This document shows positions 1 through 9,879 of a stretch of 64,000 nt of DNA, piece by piece. The translations under genes were made by a program, and so were the position numbers. The notes under the pieces were generated by a model. That model was not told where the DNA came from, did no database searches, and saw nothing but the letters and a program-made list of their open reading frames with translations. The stretch is from an uncultured Candidatus Bathyarchaeia archaeon (GTDB lineage: Archaea; Thermoproteota; Bathyarchaeia; Bathyarchaeales; Bathyarchaeaceae): the NCBI GenBank assembly GCA_964399485.1, contig CAYNQS010000006.1, forward strand, positions 27,656 to 91,655, written 5' to 3'. The stretch's first letter is position 1, and each line of letters begins with the position of its first letter.

Positions 1-694
1 TTCTGCGCAATATGTCTATGGAATCATGAAAAACAGTCAACGCTTTTATCGCCGTTGCTCTTAGGCGATTAACATTCAAACGCCCTCTAGTGACAAAGGC
101 TACAAAACGCAGCAAAACGTCAATTAATCTCTGCGCCAACTTTTCTTTTAAGCTGAAAAGAAATACGAAGAACAGCGAAATGGTGGTACCAACAAATATG
201 AACAAAATTAGGCCTGAAACAAGAACAGGAACCTCGATTTTCAGGACGTAAAGCCAACCGAAACTGACTATCAAACTGACCGTAGCCGTCACCATAAGCA
301 GAATTCTGTGACTCACAACTGACGCCAAAACTTTCCCCCCATTTTCAGCCGACTCCTTGGTCATCAAGTAAGCCTTGGTTGCGTCTCCGCTGATAGACTC
401 CGCTGGCACCAGAAGGTCAACAAAGAAGCCTATCCACGTGAACAAGAAATTTTTTCGAAACGAGACTTTGATGGAGAGGGGGCGGAGAAGATACTGCCAA
501 GTCAGAGAGTTTATGGCCATGTTCAAGATGAGAACCGCGACTGCAAGACCGTAATAGAAGAGGTCCACACGCTGGATTATGGCAAGGATTTCAGGGATGC
601 CGACGAAGAAATGGAGATAGGCTACGAAAATCAAAACACCCAGCAGCAGAAAAGGAACCGCTTTCCTCAGTTTCAACCCGTTTTCGGTAACCAT
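1..694 (-). CDS. Partial multi-pass membrane protein, flippase-like / UPF0104 (LPG-synthase TM-domain-like) family; C-terminal end runs off the window
   Basis: Absent from the ORF track because there is no stop in the window. Manual minus-strand translation from the ATG at 694 gives MVTENGLKLRKAVPFLLLGVLIFVAYLHFF...VVSHRILLMVTATVSL... and stays open to position 1. Several hydrophobic helices. Confidence 0.5.
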   Translation of the reverse strand, partial: MVTENGLKLRKAVPFLLLGVLIFVAYLHFFVGIPEILAIIQRVDLFYYGLAVAVLILNMAINSLTWQYLLRPLSIKVSFRKNFLFTWIGFFVDLLVPAESISGDATKAYLMTKESAENGGKVLASVVSHRILLMVTATVSLIVSFGWLYVLKIEVPVLVSGLILFIFVGTTISLFFVFLFSLKEKLAQRLIDVLLRFVAFVTRGRLNVNRLRATAIKALTVFHDSIDILRR

Positions 695-840
695 CGGCTT
701 CCGCGTCCATCATGAATACGAGCAAGTAGCCGTTGCTGCATATTATCTTTTGCTTGGTTCCATTCAATCAAGAGAACACAAGTTGCGCTCAATTTCCAGC
801 CTGTCGGAAAGACAAAATTCAGTAATTATGTGCTCTATTC

Positions 841-2472
841 TTAGAATTCTGGTTTTGTTTTCCCCAGTTTCCTGTCCAAACACGCTTTGATGAAGCCGTA
901 ATATTCTGGTTCCGGTTTAGTGGGTCTGCTCTTGAATTCGCCGTGAAACTGGGAGGCAAAGAAGAAGAATCTGCTCGGAAGCTCCAGAATCTCCTTTCGT
1001 CTGCCGTCGGGACTGTTTCCCGAGAAAACCATCCCATTTTTCTCCAGAGTGCTCCAGTAGTCTGGGTTGACTTCCCATCGGTGACGGTGACGCTCAAAAA
1101 GTTTTTCAGCACCATAAAGCGTGTGCGCTATTGTGCCTTTATGTACCCGAACTTCGTGGGCACCTAAACGCATGGTGCCACCCTTATTGTCTATGTTCCT
1201 CTGTTCAGGCATCAAATCGATCACGGGGTGAGGCGTTTCCGGGTTTATTTCCGTGCTGTTGGATCCATCCAATCCGCAAACGTGGCGTGCGAACTCGACA
1301 ACCGCCAATTGGAATCCGTAGCAGACGCCCAGAAACGGAATGTTATTTTCGCGGGCAAACTGGATGCCCCTAATTTTTCCCTCGGTTCCGCGGGGACCAA
1401 AACCGTAAGGAATAAAGACGCCGTCATGCCCCTCAAGAAGCTTCAGTCCGTCTGAGTTGTTTTCGAGGTTCTCTGCCTCAATGTAGTTTATCAGAACTTT
1501 TGTCTGGCAGGCTGCGCCGGCGTGTCTGAAAGCCTCATTCATGCTCACGTAACTGTCAACTAAGCCTGCGTATTTGCCGATCAACGCTACTTTAACTTCA
1601 TGCTTGGGGTTTTCAAGGGAGTTCACAAATTTTTTCCATTCGCTCCACTTGGGAGTCTTTTTTGGTAGTCCCAGTCTTCTGCAAACGTAATCGCCCATGC
1701 CCTGTTCATCCAAGATCAGGGGAACTTTGTAGATGGATGGGACGTTATAGGAGCAGAACACCGCTTCTTCTGGGATGGTGCCAAAGAGCGCTACTTTCCG
1801 AAGGACCTCTTTGTTAATCATTTCTCTGCATCTAGCCACTATGGTGTCCGGTTGGATGCCTATTCTGCGCAATTCGTTGACGCTGTGCTGAAGGGGTTTG
1901 GTTTTCATTTCACCCGTGACATCCAAAATCGGAACAAGAGCAAGGTGAACGTAGAGGATGTTGTCGAAGCCTTCTTCTAGGCGCATCTGACGTACCGCCT
2001 CTAGGAAGGGCAGCCCTTCTATGTCTCCGACTGTTCCTCCCAGCTCTGTGAGGACAATGGCGCCCTTTGATTGTTCTGCAACCATGCGGATGCGCCGTTT
2101 AATCTCGTTTGTGACGTGAGGAATAATCTGGACGCATCTGCCCAGAAAGTCGCCTCGCCGTTCACTGTCGATGACTGTCTGATAGATTTGCCCAGTTGTT
2201 ATGTTGTTTTCTTTTGGCAGGTTAATGTTCAGAAATCTTTCGTACCCGCCAAGGTCCAGATCTGTTTCGCCCCCGTCCTCTGTGACGAAGACCTCCCCGT
2301 GGATGTAGGGGTTCATGGTTCCGGCGTCAACGTTCACGTAAGGGTCAACCTTTATGACTGTAACGTCAAAGCCTCGAACCTGAAGCATCTTACCTATTGA
2401 TGAGGTAACGATTCCTTTGCCCACCGAGGAGAGCACCCCACCAGTTACAAAAACATACTTAACCATCCGCAT
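841..2472 (-). CDS. pyrG: CTP synthase
   Basis: 543 aa. N-terminal KYVFVTGGVLSSVGKGI synthetase motif and C-terminal glutamine amidotransferase region (GVCYGFQ, HRHRWEVN). Confidence 0.95.
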   Translation of the reverse strand: MRMVKYVFVTGGVLSSVGKGIVTSSIGKMLQVRGFDVTVIKVDPYVNVDAGTMNPYIHGEVFVTEDGGETDLDLGGYERFLNINLPKENNITTGQIYQTVIDSERRGDFLGRCVQIIPHVTNEIKRRIRMVAEQSKGAIVLTELGGTVGDIEGLPFLEAVRQMRLEEGFDNILYVHLALVPILDVTGEMKTKPLQHSVNELRRIGIQPDTIVARCREMINKEVLRKVALFGTIPEEAVFCSYNVPSIYKVPLILDEQGMGDYVCRRLGLPKKTPKWSEWKKFVNSLENPKHEVKVALIGKYAGLVDSYVSMNEAFRHAGAACQTKVLINYIEAENLENNSDGLKLLEGHDGVFIPYGFGPRGTEGKIRGIQFARENNIPFLGVCYGFQLAVVEFARHVCGLDGSNSTEINPETPHPVIDLMPEQRNIDNKGGTMRLGAHEVRVHKGTIAHTLYGAEKLFERHRHRWEVNPDYWSTLEKNGMVFSGNSPDGRRKEILELPSRFFFFASQFHGEFKSRPTKPEPEYYGFIKACLDRKLGKTKPEF

Positions 2473-2558
2473 GACCTTCTCATAACAAACCCCTAAACTG
2501 TGTTTGCCGTTAAAAATTCTTTCTACAAGATAACGTCTCTTTACAATTGATTACACTG

Positions 2559-3155
2559 TTAGCCTCTGAAGTTTGCCAATTCTTTGCATCGCTTTAAGGT
2601 AGCCAAAGCCAGTTCGCCAGCCTCTTTCATTGTTCTCCCCAGAGAAATAAAACCGTGACTTTTTAGCACAATCAGTTTGCTGTCTCCCAGAACCCTCAGC
2701 GCCTCCTTTGCCAACGCTATTGTGCCGGGTTCATGCTCCCTTTCTGTGACAGGAAACCCCAGTTTCTCAGCGTTCATTATGATTGCATCATTGTGCCCAT
2801 GAAATACTGCATTCACTTCTTTGCATGTCTTGTAGATTAAATAGTGCATTACCGCTTCTGAGGATGGCTTCTTCCTTCCCTCAACATAGATGGTGTTATT
2901 CTTTTCGTCATAATTTTTAACGTAAACAAAACAGTCGTTGCTCAGGTTTTCTTTGCTTTTCAGCCCAGACGCCGTTATCACGAATCCTTTCTTGGACCTG
3001 AAGCTCAAGTTGCCGGTATAGTTTCCCTCAAACTCCGGAGTCAAACCGTTTCTTTGGAATCTTTCACTCCATTCCTTCAGCTCTTCAATTTTGGCGTCGC
3101 TGCGAACTTGGTCAGAAACAAAACTGATGTTGAATCTAATTTTTCCTTCTTTCAT
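2559..3155 (-). CDS. Class II aldolase/adducin-domain protein
   Basis: 198 aa. HGHNDAI and KSHGFISLG motifs are typical of the fuculose-phosphate aldolase-like fold. Confidence 0.7.
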   Translation of the reverse strand: MKEGKIRFNISFVSDQVRSDAKIEELKEWSERFQRNGLTPEFEGNYTGNLSFRSKKGFVITASGLKSKENLSNDCFVYVKNYDEKNNTIYVEGRKKPSSEAVMHYLIYKTCKEVNAVFHGHNDAIIMNAEKLGFPVTEREHEPGTIALAKEALRVLGDSKLIVLKSHGFISLGRTMKEAGELALATLKRCKELANFRG

Positions 3156-3184
3156 TTAATCACTTAACATTTGGTCGGACCTAT

Positions 3185-4162
3185 CTACAGCCATTTTTTC
3201 CTTCTGAAATAAATCATCATTACTGCACCAATGGCAAGCATGATCATGTAGACCATGGGGTAACCCCAAGGCGACTCAAGTTCAGGCATGTATTTGAAGT
3301 TCATTCCGTAGATGCCTGCTATGAGGGTCAATGGAATAAATATGGTCGCAATGATTGTTAGCACTTTCATGACTTCGTTCATTCTGTTGCTGACGCTTGA
3401 AAGGTAAATGTCCAGCATTCCGGAAAGCATGTCTCGGAAGGTTTCCAGTGCGTCGATAACCTGTATTGTGTGATCGTAGACGTCCCTCAGGTAAATGTCT
3501 ATGGATTTGTCGATTAGGGGCGATTCCCATCTTTCCAGCCTGCTTATGACTTCCCGTAGAGGCCAGACAGACTTGCGGAGAAAGATCAGTTCTCTTTTCA
3601 AACTGTGAATCATATGCAGGACTTCTGGGGTCGGATTCTTAACCAGATCATCTTCTATATCCTCGATTTTTTCTCCAATCTTTTCTAGGACCATGAAGTA
3701 GTTGTCGACAATGGCGTCTATCAGGGAGTAGGCTAGATAGTCGGCTCCCATCTTTCTGATTCGTCCGCGGTCGCTTCGGATTCTTTCTCTGATGGGGTCG
3801 AAAACGTCTCCCTCGTTCTCTTGGAATGAAAGAACAAACTTTGAGCTGAGGATTAAGCTGACCTGTTCAGTTCTGGTTTCATTTTTTTCCTCATCGTAGT
3901 GAAGCATTTTCAGGACTATGAAGAGGTAGTCGCCGAAATCCTCCATTTTTGGGCGTTGCCCTGTGTTCACGACGTCCTCCAGAACAAGCGGATGTATCTT
4001 GAAGTGTTTCCCAAGTTTTTCTATGATGTCTAGCTGATGAATGCCATCCAAGTTTATCCATGTTGCCGTGGATGTGTCACTGAATTGAAAAACTTCCTCA
4101 ATCGTCTCCACATGCTTTTCTTGGAAATAGTCCCCGTAATAGTCAATGCATGTAATCTTCAC
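3185..4162 (-). CDS. corA: CorA-family Mg2+/Co2+ transporter
   Basis: 325 aa. Signature YGMNF in GIYGMNFKYMPEL, followed by two C-terminal TM helices. Confidence 0.9.
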   Translation of the reverse strand: MKITCIDYYGDYFQEKHVETIEEVFQFSDTSTATWINLDGIHQLDIIEKLGKHFKIHPLVLEDVVNTGQRPKMEDFGDYLFIVLKMLHYDEEKNETRTEQVSLILSSKFVLSFQENEGDVFDPIRERIRSDRGRIRKMGADYLAYSLIDAIVDNYFMVLEKIGEKIEDIEDDLVKNPTPEVLHMIHSLKRELIFLRKSVWPLREVISRLERWESPLIDKSIDIYLRDVYDHTIQVIDALETFRDMLSGMLDIYLSSVSNRMNEVMKVLTIIATIFIPLTLIAGIYGMNFKYMPELESPWGYPMVYMIMLAIGAVMMIYFRRKKWL

Positions 4163-4305
4163 TTTGTCAACTTTCTTTTTTCCAATGTAGATCGGGGTTC
4201 CTGGCGGAAGACCAGACTTTTTTGACCACTTCTTAAAATGCCACGTTGCAATGCACCCAATGCTCGGTTTAACTATGGGCTATTTATAATTTTTCAAGGC
4301 TTTGA

Positions 4306-5337
4306 TTATTCGCTTCTGTTGGGTTCTATGATTACCTTCAGCGATTTTCCTGCTTCTGCTACCAGCCTGAAGCCTTCAGCAATCTCTCGGATGTCTAGTC
4401 TGTGGGTTATCATGTCCTCGACGTTTACCTGTTTTTGAGCCAGAATATGCAGGGCTTCCTTAAGGTCTCTTGGCGCTGCGCCATAGGAGGTTCGGATGGT
4501 TGTTTCGTTTCTCCAGAATTGGGTTATGGGTATCGGAATTTTGGTTGTGGGGTCTGGAACCGCGAAATAGAGGATTGTCCCTCCCCTGTCTACACAGTCT
4601 AGCGCGGTTAATGCTGCCTTCTCTGCGCCTGTGCACACTATCACCTTGTCCGCTGCTCTTCCATCGTTAAGTTCTTTCAGTTGCTGTGGCAAGTCTCCCC
4701 TAGCGTCTATCATCTGATCTGCCCCAAACTTTTCAGCCAGTTTCAGGCGGTCAGGGTTTATGTCGGCAGCAAAAATCTTCTGTGCTCCCTTCAGTTTAGC
4801 CAATTGTATGTGGAGTATTCCCGCCATTCCGCTCCCAATTATCAGAACTGTGTCGCCTTTGTTGATGTCCGCCAGCCTCTGTCCTCTGACGGCGCATGCT
4901 AACGGTTCAATGAATGTTCCCTCTTCATAGGACATGTTTGCTGGCAGCTTGTAGATTCCAGTTTCCACGTTTATTTTTGGCACCCGTATGTATTGGGAGA
5001 AGCCTCCGGGGTAGTAGTTTGTTGTGTGCAGGGTTTCGCAGGCTGTGTGTGCGTCCTTCAGGCAGTAGCGGCATTTGTTGCATGGCACGTGATGGGAGAC
5101 GAAGACGCGGTCTCCAACCTTGTATTTGGTTACGTTTTCTCCCACTTCATCTATGATTCCTGTGGCTTCGTGCCCCAGCACTCTCGGAGCCTTCGGAAGC
5201 CTGTACCATTCTACCACGTCGGTTCCGCATATTCCGCTTGCCATCACCTTCAGCAGTATCTCGTCTGGTCCAATCTCAGGTTTAGGCACTTCTTCAACTC
5301 GTACGTCTTTGTTGTTGTGGTAGACAGCTACAAGCAT
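4306..5337 (-). CDS. Zn-dependent medium-chain alcohol/threonine/sorbitol dehydrogenase family
   Basis: 343 aa. GICGTDV and GHEATGII zinc-ligand motifs, a structural-Zn Cys cluster (CNKCRYC) and a GSGMAG Rossmann motif. Confidence 0.85.
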   Translation of the reverse strand: MLVAVYHNNKDVRVEEVPKPEIGPDEILLKVMASGICGTDVVEWYRLPKAPRVLGHEATGIIDEVGENVTKYKVGDRVFVSHHVPCNKCRYCLKDAHTACETLHTTNYYPGGFSQYIRVPKINVETGIYKLPANMSYEEGTFIEPLACAVRGQRLADINKGDTVLIIGSGMAGILHIQLAKLKGAQKIFAADINPDRLKLAEKFGADQMIDARGDLPQQLKELNDGRAADKVIVCTGAEKAALTALDCVDRGGTILYFAVPDPTTKIPIPITQFWRNETTIRTSYGAAPRDLKEALHILAQKQVNVEDMITHRLDIREIAEGFRLVAEAGKSLKVIIEPNRSE

Positions 5338-5364
5338 TGGTTCACCAAAAAACGTGGAAATGGA

Positions 5365-6180
5365 TTATATCTTTCCAGCTTTCACTTGTTCGAATAGCTG
5401 TTGTGCTTCTTTGGGGTTGAGGTTTTCGTGGATTAGTCCTCGTATAGCCCGTATCATCGCCACTGGATACGGGTGCTGCCAGACGTTTCTGCCAAGATTC
5501 ACGCCTATGGATCCCTTCTGTAATCCGTCGTAAACAAACTCGAACACCTCTAATTCGGTGTCCACTTTGGGTCCGCCCGCCATTACCACCGGCACGGGAC
5601 AGCCTTCAACAACTTTGTCGAAGTCTTCTTCGCAGTAGTATGTTTTTACTACTCGGGCGCCCAGCTCAGCCGCTATTCTGCAGCATAGTGCGAGGTATCG
5701 GGCGGTGCGCTTTTCCAGTTCTCTGCCTACGGCGGTTACTGCCATGGTGGGTATGCCGTAGTCTTCGCATTGGTCAACGAGCCTTGCAAAGTTGGTTAAG
5801 GTTTGATGTTCATGTTTGCTGCCCACATACACGGACATGGAGACTGCGCTGGCGTTGAGGCGAAGAATCTCTGTGATCGATGTTATCTGTCCCTCGTTGG
5901 ACAGGTCCTCTCCCACCACGCTGTTGCCCCCAGAAACACGAAGAATTATCGGTTTTTCTATTGCTGGGTCTACGCAATTCCTGAGTACGCCTCGGGTCAT
6001 CATTATGGCGTCTGCATATGGAATCAGCGGCTTTATGGTTTCTCCGGGTTTCTCCAGTTTGCGGGTTGGACCCTGAAAGTATCCGTGGTCGACGGGCAGA
6101 AAGAGAGCTCTTCCGTCTTTCTGTATGAGCCTGCCTAATCTATTTCGTATTCCCCAATCCATCTTATTTTCCTCCCTCAT
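5365..6180 (-). CDS. Class I (DhnA/FbaB-type) aldolase: archaeal fructose-bisphosphate aldolase / ADH-synthase family
   Basis: 271 aa. DeoC/LacD-like TIM-barrel pattern (LFLPVDHG, VVKTYY with the candidate Schiff-base Lys, GVNLGRNVWQ). Confidence 0.75.
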   Translation of the reverse strand: MREENKMDWGIRNRLGRLIQKDGRALFLPVDHGYFQGPTRKLEKPGETIKPLIPYADAIMMTRGVLRNCVDPAIEKPIILRVSGGNSVVGEDLSNEGQITSITEILRLNASAVSMSVYVGSKHEHQTLTNFARLVDQCEDYGIPTMAVTAVGRELEKRTARYLALCCRIAAELGARVVKTYYCEEDFDKVVEGCPVPVVMAGGPKVDTELEVFEFVYDGLQKGSIGVNLGRNVWQHPYPVAMIRAIRGLIHENLNPKEAQQLFEQVKAGKI

Positions 6181-6388
6181 CCTTTGGTCTTACAATTAAA
6201 TAGCCTTTTTCTATGAGCCAATGATGAAACTGCCAAGTGGTGAACTTGCAGCCTGTCCTACACGTCTTTCTAATCTGCTCATACTCCTCTGACCCAGAAG
6301 CCAGCCTGTTCAATTCAACCTGCACAGGACACTCTACATCATTACAGAATTCTCTGCGCTTATAATCGATGAAACCGTCTATACTCAA
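6164..6388 (-). CDS. Small Cys-containing hypothetical protein
   Basis: 74-aa ORF overlapping the aldolase start by 17 nt (operon-like). CNDVECP...CRTGC cysteines. No family recognised. Confidence 0.35.
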   Translation of the reverse strand: MSIDGFIDYKRREFCNDVECPVQVELNRLASGSEEYEQIRKTCRTGCKFTTWQFHHWLIEKGYLIVRPKDEGGK

Positions 6389-6480
6389 ATTTATCCCTCT
6401 TGAATAGCTCTCAATTTCGTGTATTTAACCTAACTCTTAAAATTAACCTGTCCCAAGAACCATAATTTCCCATCAGCGTT

Positions 6481-6545
6481 CATATTAGGAGACTAATAAC
6501 AGAAGATTGTTGAAAACTAGCTTTTTCTGCAGAAACCAAGCAAGA
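6481..6545 (+). repeat. Copy C of a conserved ~65-nt intergenic element (candidate sRNA / upstream regulatory module)
   Basis: CATATTAGGAGACTAATAACAGAAGATTGTTGAAAACTAGCTTTTTCTGCAGAAACCAAGCAAGA. The first 37 nt are identical to the reverse complement of 12955-12991. Lies 99-163 nt upstream of the trxB ATG in sense orientation. Confidence 0.7.
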
Positions 6546-6643
6546 CAATATTGTGTTCTTTAGTGGCTGTTTCGAATAGTGAACATCACTTTGAGAGGTG
6601 AAAATATATCTCTGATTCGCCTATTCTATGATTCCGTTAGGAA

Positions 6644-7564
6644 GTGACGATGCTGTATGACGTGATAATTGTTGGTTCTGGACCCGCTGGCTTGACAGCC
6701 GCTATTTACACCAGTAGGTCGGGGCTGAAGACTGTTGTTGCCGCCGGAATGTTGTGGGGTGGTCAGCTTATGCTTACACAGGAAGTGGAGAATTTTCCGG
6801 GATTCGAAAACGGAATCCTTGGACCCAAACTTATGGAGAAGATGCGGAAGCAGGCTGAACGCTTCGGCGCAGAGCTAATCTTCGAAAACGCCACCTCTGC
6901 AGACCTCAAATCCAAACCCTTCAAAGTAACAGTAGGAAACAAAACCTACGAGGGAAAATCAGTCATCATAGCCACTGGGTCATCAGCCAAATGGTTGGGC
7001 TTAGAAAGCGAAACAAGGCTGAGGGGCAGAGGCGTTTCAGTCTGCGCCACATGTGATGCGCCCTTTTTCAGAGACAAGAAAGTTGTGGTTGTTGGGGGAG
7101 GGGACACAGCCATGGAAGAAGCATTATTCCTCTCCAAAGTTGTAAGCGAAGTCAAGGTTATCCACAGAAGGGACAAGTTGAGGGCTTGCAAGTTCCTTCA
7201 GGAAAAGGCTTTCGCGAACCCGAAGATAACGTTTGTCTGGAACAGCACAGTTCAAGAGATTTTGGGCAAGGACAGAGTAGAGGGGGTTAGGCTCAAAAAT
7301 GTTGTTGCCGGCGAAGACTCTGTTCTCTCCTGTGATGCTATTTTCTTGGCTATCGGTCACAAGCCTAATACAGATATCTTCAAAGACCAAATAGAACTGG
7401 ATCAAACAGGCTACGTGGTAGCCAGAGAGGACTCCCGAACCAACATAGAGGGAGTCTTTGTTGCAGGCGATGTTGCAGACAACCGTTACCGCCAAGCTAT
7501 CGCCGCTGCTGGTTCTGGATGCAAAGCCGCGCTGGATGCAGAGAAATATCTGATAGGAACCTGA
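6644..7564 (+). CDS. trxB: Thioredoxin-disulfide reductase
   Basis: 306 aa. GSGPAGLTAAIY FAD motif, redox-active CATCD, GGGDTAMEEA NADPH motif. Confidence 0.9.
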   Translation: MTMLYDVIIVGSGPAGLTAAIYTSRSGLKTVVAAGMLWGGQLMLTQEVENFPGFENGILGPKLMEKMRKQAERFGAELIFENATSADLKSKPFKVTVGNKTYEGKSVIIATGSSAKWLGLESETRLRGRGVSVCATCDAPFFRDKKVVVVGGGDTAMEEALFLSKVVSEVKVIHRRDKLRACKFLQEKAFANPKITFVWNSTVQEILGKDRVEGVRLKNVVAGEDSVLSCDAIFLAIGHKPNTDIFKDQIELDQTGYVVAREDSRTNIEGVFVAGDVADNRYRQAIAAAGSGCKAALDAEKYLIGT

Positions 7565-7662
7565 GGGGCACATTCAACAAAGCTTTTACACGTGATAAAA
7601 CAATAAAATGGGTTGAACGCCTCCGAAAATCGGGTAACGGAGAAACGGGAAATGAGTCAGCT

Positions 7663-8889
7663 ATGAGTGCACCATCTTACTCCAAAAAGCTGGGAATCGT
7701 CGGCAAACCAAACACTGGCAAATCCACATTTTTCTCGGCTGCAACCCTAATCCCAGTGGACATCGGAAACTACCCCTTCACCACAATCAAACCCAACCGA
7801 GGCATAGGATACCTGCGGACCCCCTGCGTCCACCCCGAATTCAAAGTTGAAGACAACCCCAAAAATTCCCTCTGTCTAGATGGAATCAGATTAATTCCAG
7901 TCGAGTTGATCGATGTGGCTGGACTGGTTCCCGGCGCTTGGAAGGGACGAGGACTAGGAAACCAATTCTTAGACGAAATCAGAAAAGCAGACGCCCTTCT
8001 CCACGTAGTCGACGCCTCAGGCTCAACAGACTGTGAAGGAAAAATCTGCAAAAAAGGGTCACATGACCCCCTAGAGGACGTTAAGTTTCTTGAGACCGAA
8101 ATAACCATGTGGATGAACCAGATACTGAAAAAGGACTGGTCTAAAATGGCTAGAACCGCCGAATCAGGTAAAGAAGACCTGATTTCGCTTCTTGAATCTC
8201 GCTTGAGTGGACTGGCTATCAAACGATTCCACATAGTTGAAAGCTTAAGAAAAACCGACCTCAACATGGATAAACCGGAACACTGGAGCGACAGTGACAT
8301 AATAAAATTTTTGGACATTCTGAGAAGCGTCTCCAAGCCAACTCTGATTGCAGCCAACAAGATCGATCTTCCAACAGCAGAAGAAAATGTTAAGCGCCTA
8401 AAAGAACGCGGATACGATGTGGTGCCTTGCAGTGCAGAAGCAGAGTTGGCCCTCAGAAGAGCAGGAGAAAAAGGTTTAATCGACTACAAGCCTGGAGACT
8501 GCAGGCTGAGAATAACAAAATCTGACAAACTTAACGAAGCCCAAAAAAGAGCACTGAACCTTATTCAGGAACAGATTCTGTATAAATTCGGGTCCACCGG
8601 CGTCCAAGAAGCCATCAACACCGCATTCTTTGAACTTCTGCAGATGGTTGCTGTCTATCCAGTAGAAGACAGTGAACACCTCAGCGACCACAAGGGCAGA
8701 GTGCTCCCCGACGTCTACCTCGTACCCTATGGCACCACTGCGCGTCAACTTGCCTACATTATCCACACCGAACTGGGAGACAGCTTCATCCACGCAATCG
8801 ACATTCGTGGGAAAAACAGAATCGGGGAAGACTATGTGCTGAAGGACAGAGACGTGGTTTCTATAGTCAGCGCCAAGAAAAGAGGGTAA
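7663..8889 (+). CDS. OBG/YchF/DRG-type GTPase with C-terminal TGS-like domain
   Basis: G1 GKPNTGKST, G3 DVAGLV, G4 ANKID. The start is moved from the ORF-track 7519 (which overlaps trxB) to the internal ATG at 7663, just before the G1 motif. Confidence 0.8.
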   Translation: MSAPSYSKKLGIVGKPNTGKSTFFSAATLIPVDIGNYPFTTIKPNRGIGYLRTPCVHPEFKVEDNPKNSLCLDGIRLIPVELIDVAGLVPGAWKGRGLGNQFLDEIRKADALLHVVDASGSTDCEGKICKKGSHDPLEDVKFLETEITMWMNQILKKDWSKMARTAESGKEDLISLLESRLSGLAIKRFHIVESLRKTDLNMDKPEHWSDSDIIKFLDILRSVSKPTLIAANKIDLPTAEENVKRLKERGYDVVPCSAEAELALRRAGEKGLIDYKPGDCRLRITKSDKLNEAQKRALNLIQEQILYKFGSTGVQEAINTAFFELLQMVAVYPVEDSEHLSDHKGRVLPDVYLVPYGTTARQLAYIIHTELGDSFIHAIDIRGKNRIGEDYVLKDRDVVSIVSAKKRG

Positions 8890-8898
8890 ACAAAAGGA

Positions 8899-9693
8899 TT
8901 ACTTGCCGAAACGGCGCTTTCGCCTCTGGTAGGTTCTAACCGCACGCAGAAGATCTATGAATCTGAAGTCTGGCCAGTTTACGTCCACAAAACATAGCTC
9001 GCTGTAGGCGGATTGCCACGACAGGAAACCGCTGAGTCTCTCTTCTCCTGAGGTTCGGATGATGAGGTCAGCGTCCTGCTTTGGCATGTGAGCTGTGTAC
9101 AGATATTTCTCGAAGAGCTTCTCGTTTATTTTCTCGGGTTTCAGTTCTCCGTTTTTTACTTTGTTAGCTATCTTTTTTGTTGCGTCAACGATTTCTGCTC
9201 TTCCACCGTAAGCTATAGCCACATTCAAGAATCGGTCATTGTACATTTTTGTTGTTTCTTCTACGCGCTGAATCACTTCTTGGGTCGATTTAGGTAAAAG
9301 GTCAACACGTCCTATGGCTTTAACTCTTATTTTGTTTTCGTGAATTCTCTCATTCTTAAGAATCGAATGTAGTTTTTCCTCAATCAACTTCATGATCTCC
9401 TCCACCTCTTTCTTGGAACGGCGAAAGTTTTCAGTTGAAAAAGCGTACAAGGTAATAAATTTTACATCCAGTTCAATGCACCAATCCATAAGGTCATCAA
9501 TCTTGTCGGCGCCGTGCTGATGCCCGATCCAAGGAATCAAAGCTTTATGGGCAGCCCATCTTCTGTTTCCGTCGAGGATGATGGCTATATGTTCCGGTTT
9601 TTTTTCCTCTTTAACTTGGAACCACAGCCACTTCTCATATAGCTTGTAGATTCCCAGAAGAGAGAGCAAACCTTCAAGCATAGTTTTTACCAC
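8899..9693 (-). CDS. uppS: Undecaprenyl/di-trans,poly-cis-prenyl diphosphate synthase (cis-prenyltransferase)
   Basis: 264 aa. HIAIILDGNRRWA, FSTENFRR and IRTSGEERLSGF motifs. Confidence 0.9.
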   Translation of the reverse strand: MVKTMLEGLLSLLGIYKLYEKWLWFQVKEEKKPEHIAIILDGNRRWAAHKALIPWIGHQHGADKIDDLMDWCIELDVKFITLYAFSTENFRRSKKEVEEIMKLIEEKLHSILKNERIHENKIRVKAIGRVDLLPKSTQEVIQRVEETTKMYNDRFLNVAIAYGGRAEIVDATKKIANKVKNGELKPEKINEKLFEKYLYTAHMPKQDADLIIRTSGEERLSGFLSWQSAYSELCFVDVNWPDFRFIDLLRAVRTYQRRKRRFGK

Positions 9694-9879
9694 AGAGACT
9701 TAATCGATTTCGGTATTACACTTTTTTGCCAAGTTATTTAGTTTTTCTAATGTATTTATGTAGATGCTGGCGGTTGTATAGACAGGATTTTCAGGTAATA
9801 AACCTTCCAATTTTCCGCAACTTTGTATGTAAACAGATCATAAACAGAAGCGCGTTAAGGCACCCAGCTTATCTGCCTG

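Noticed and set aside
7519-7662. N-terminal extension of the GTPase ORF that overlaps the trxB 3' end.
   Set aside because: The extension has no GTPase-like sequence and overlaps trxB by 46 nt. The internal ATG at 7663 places the P-loop at the usual distance from the N-terminus.
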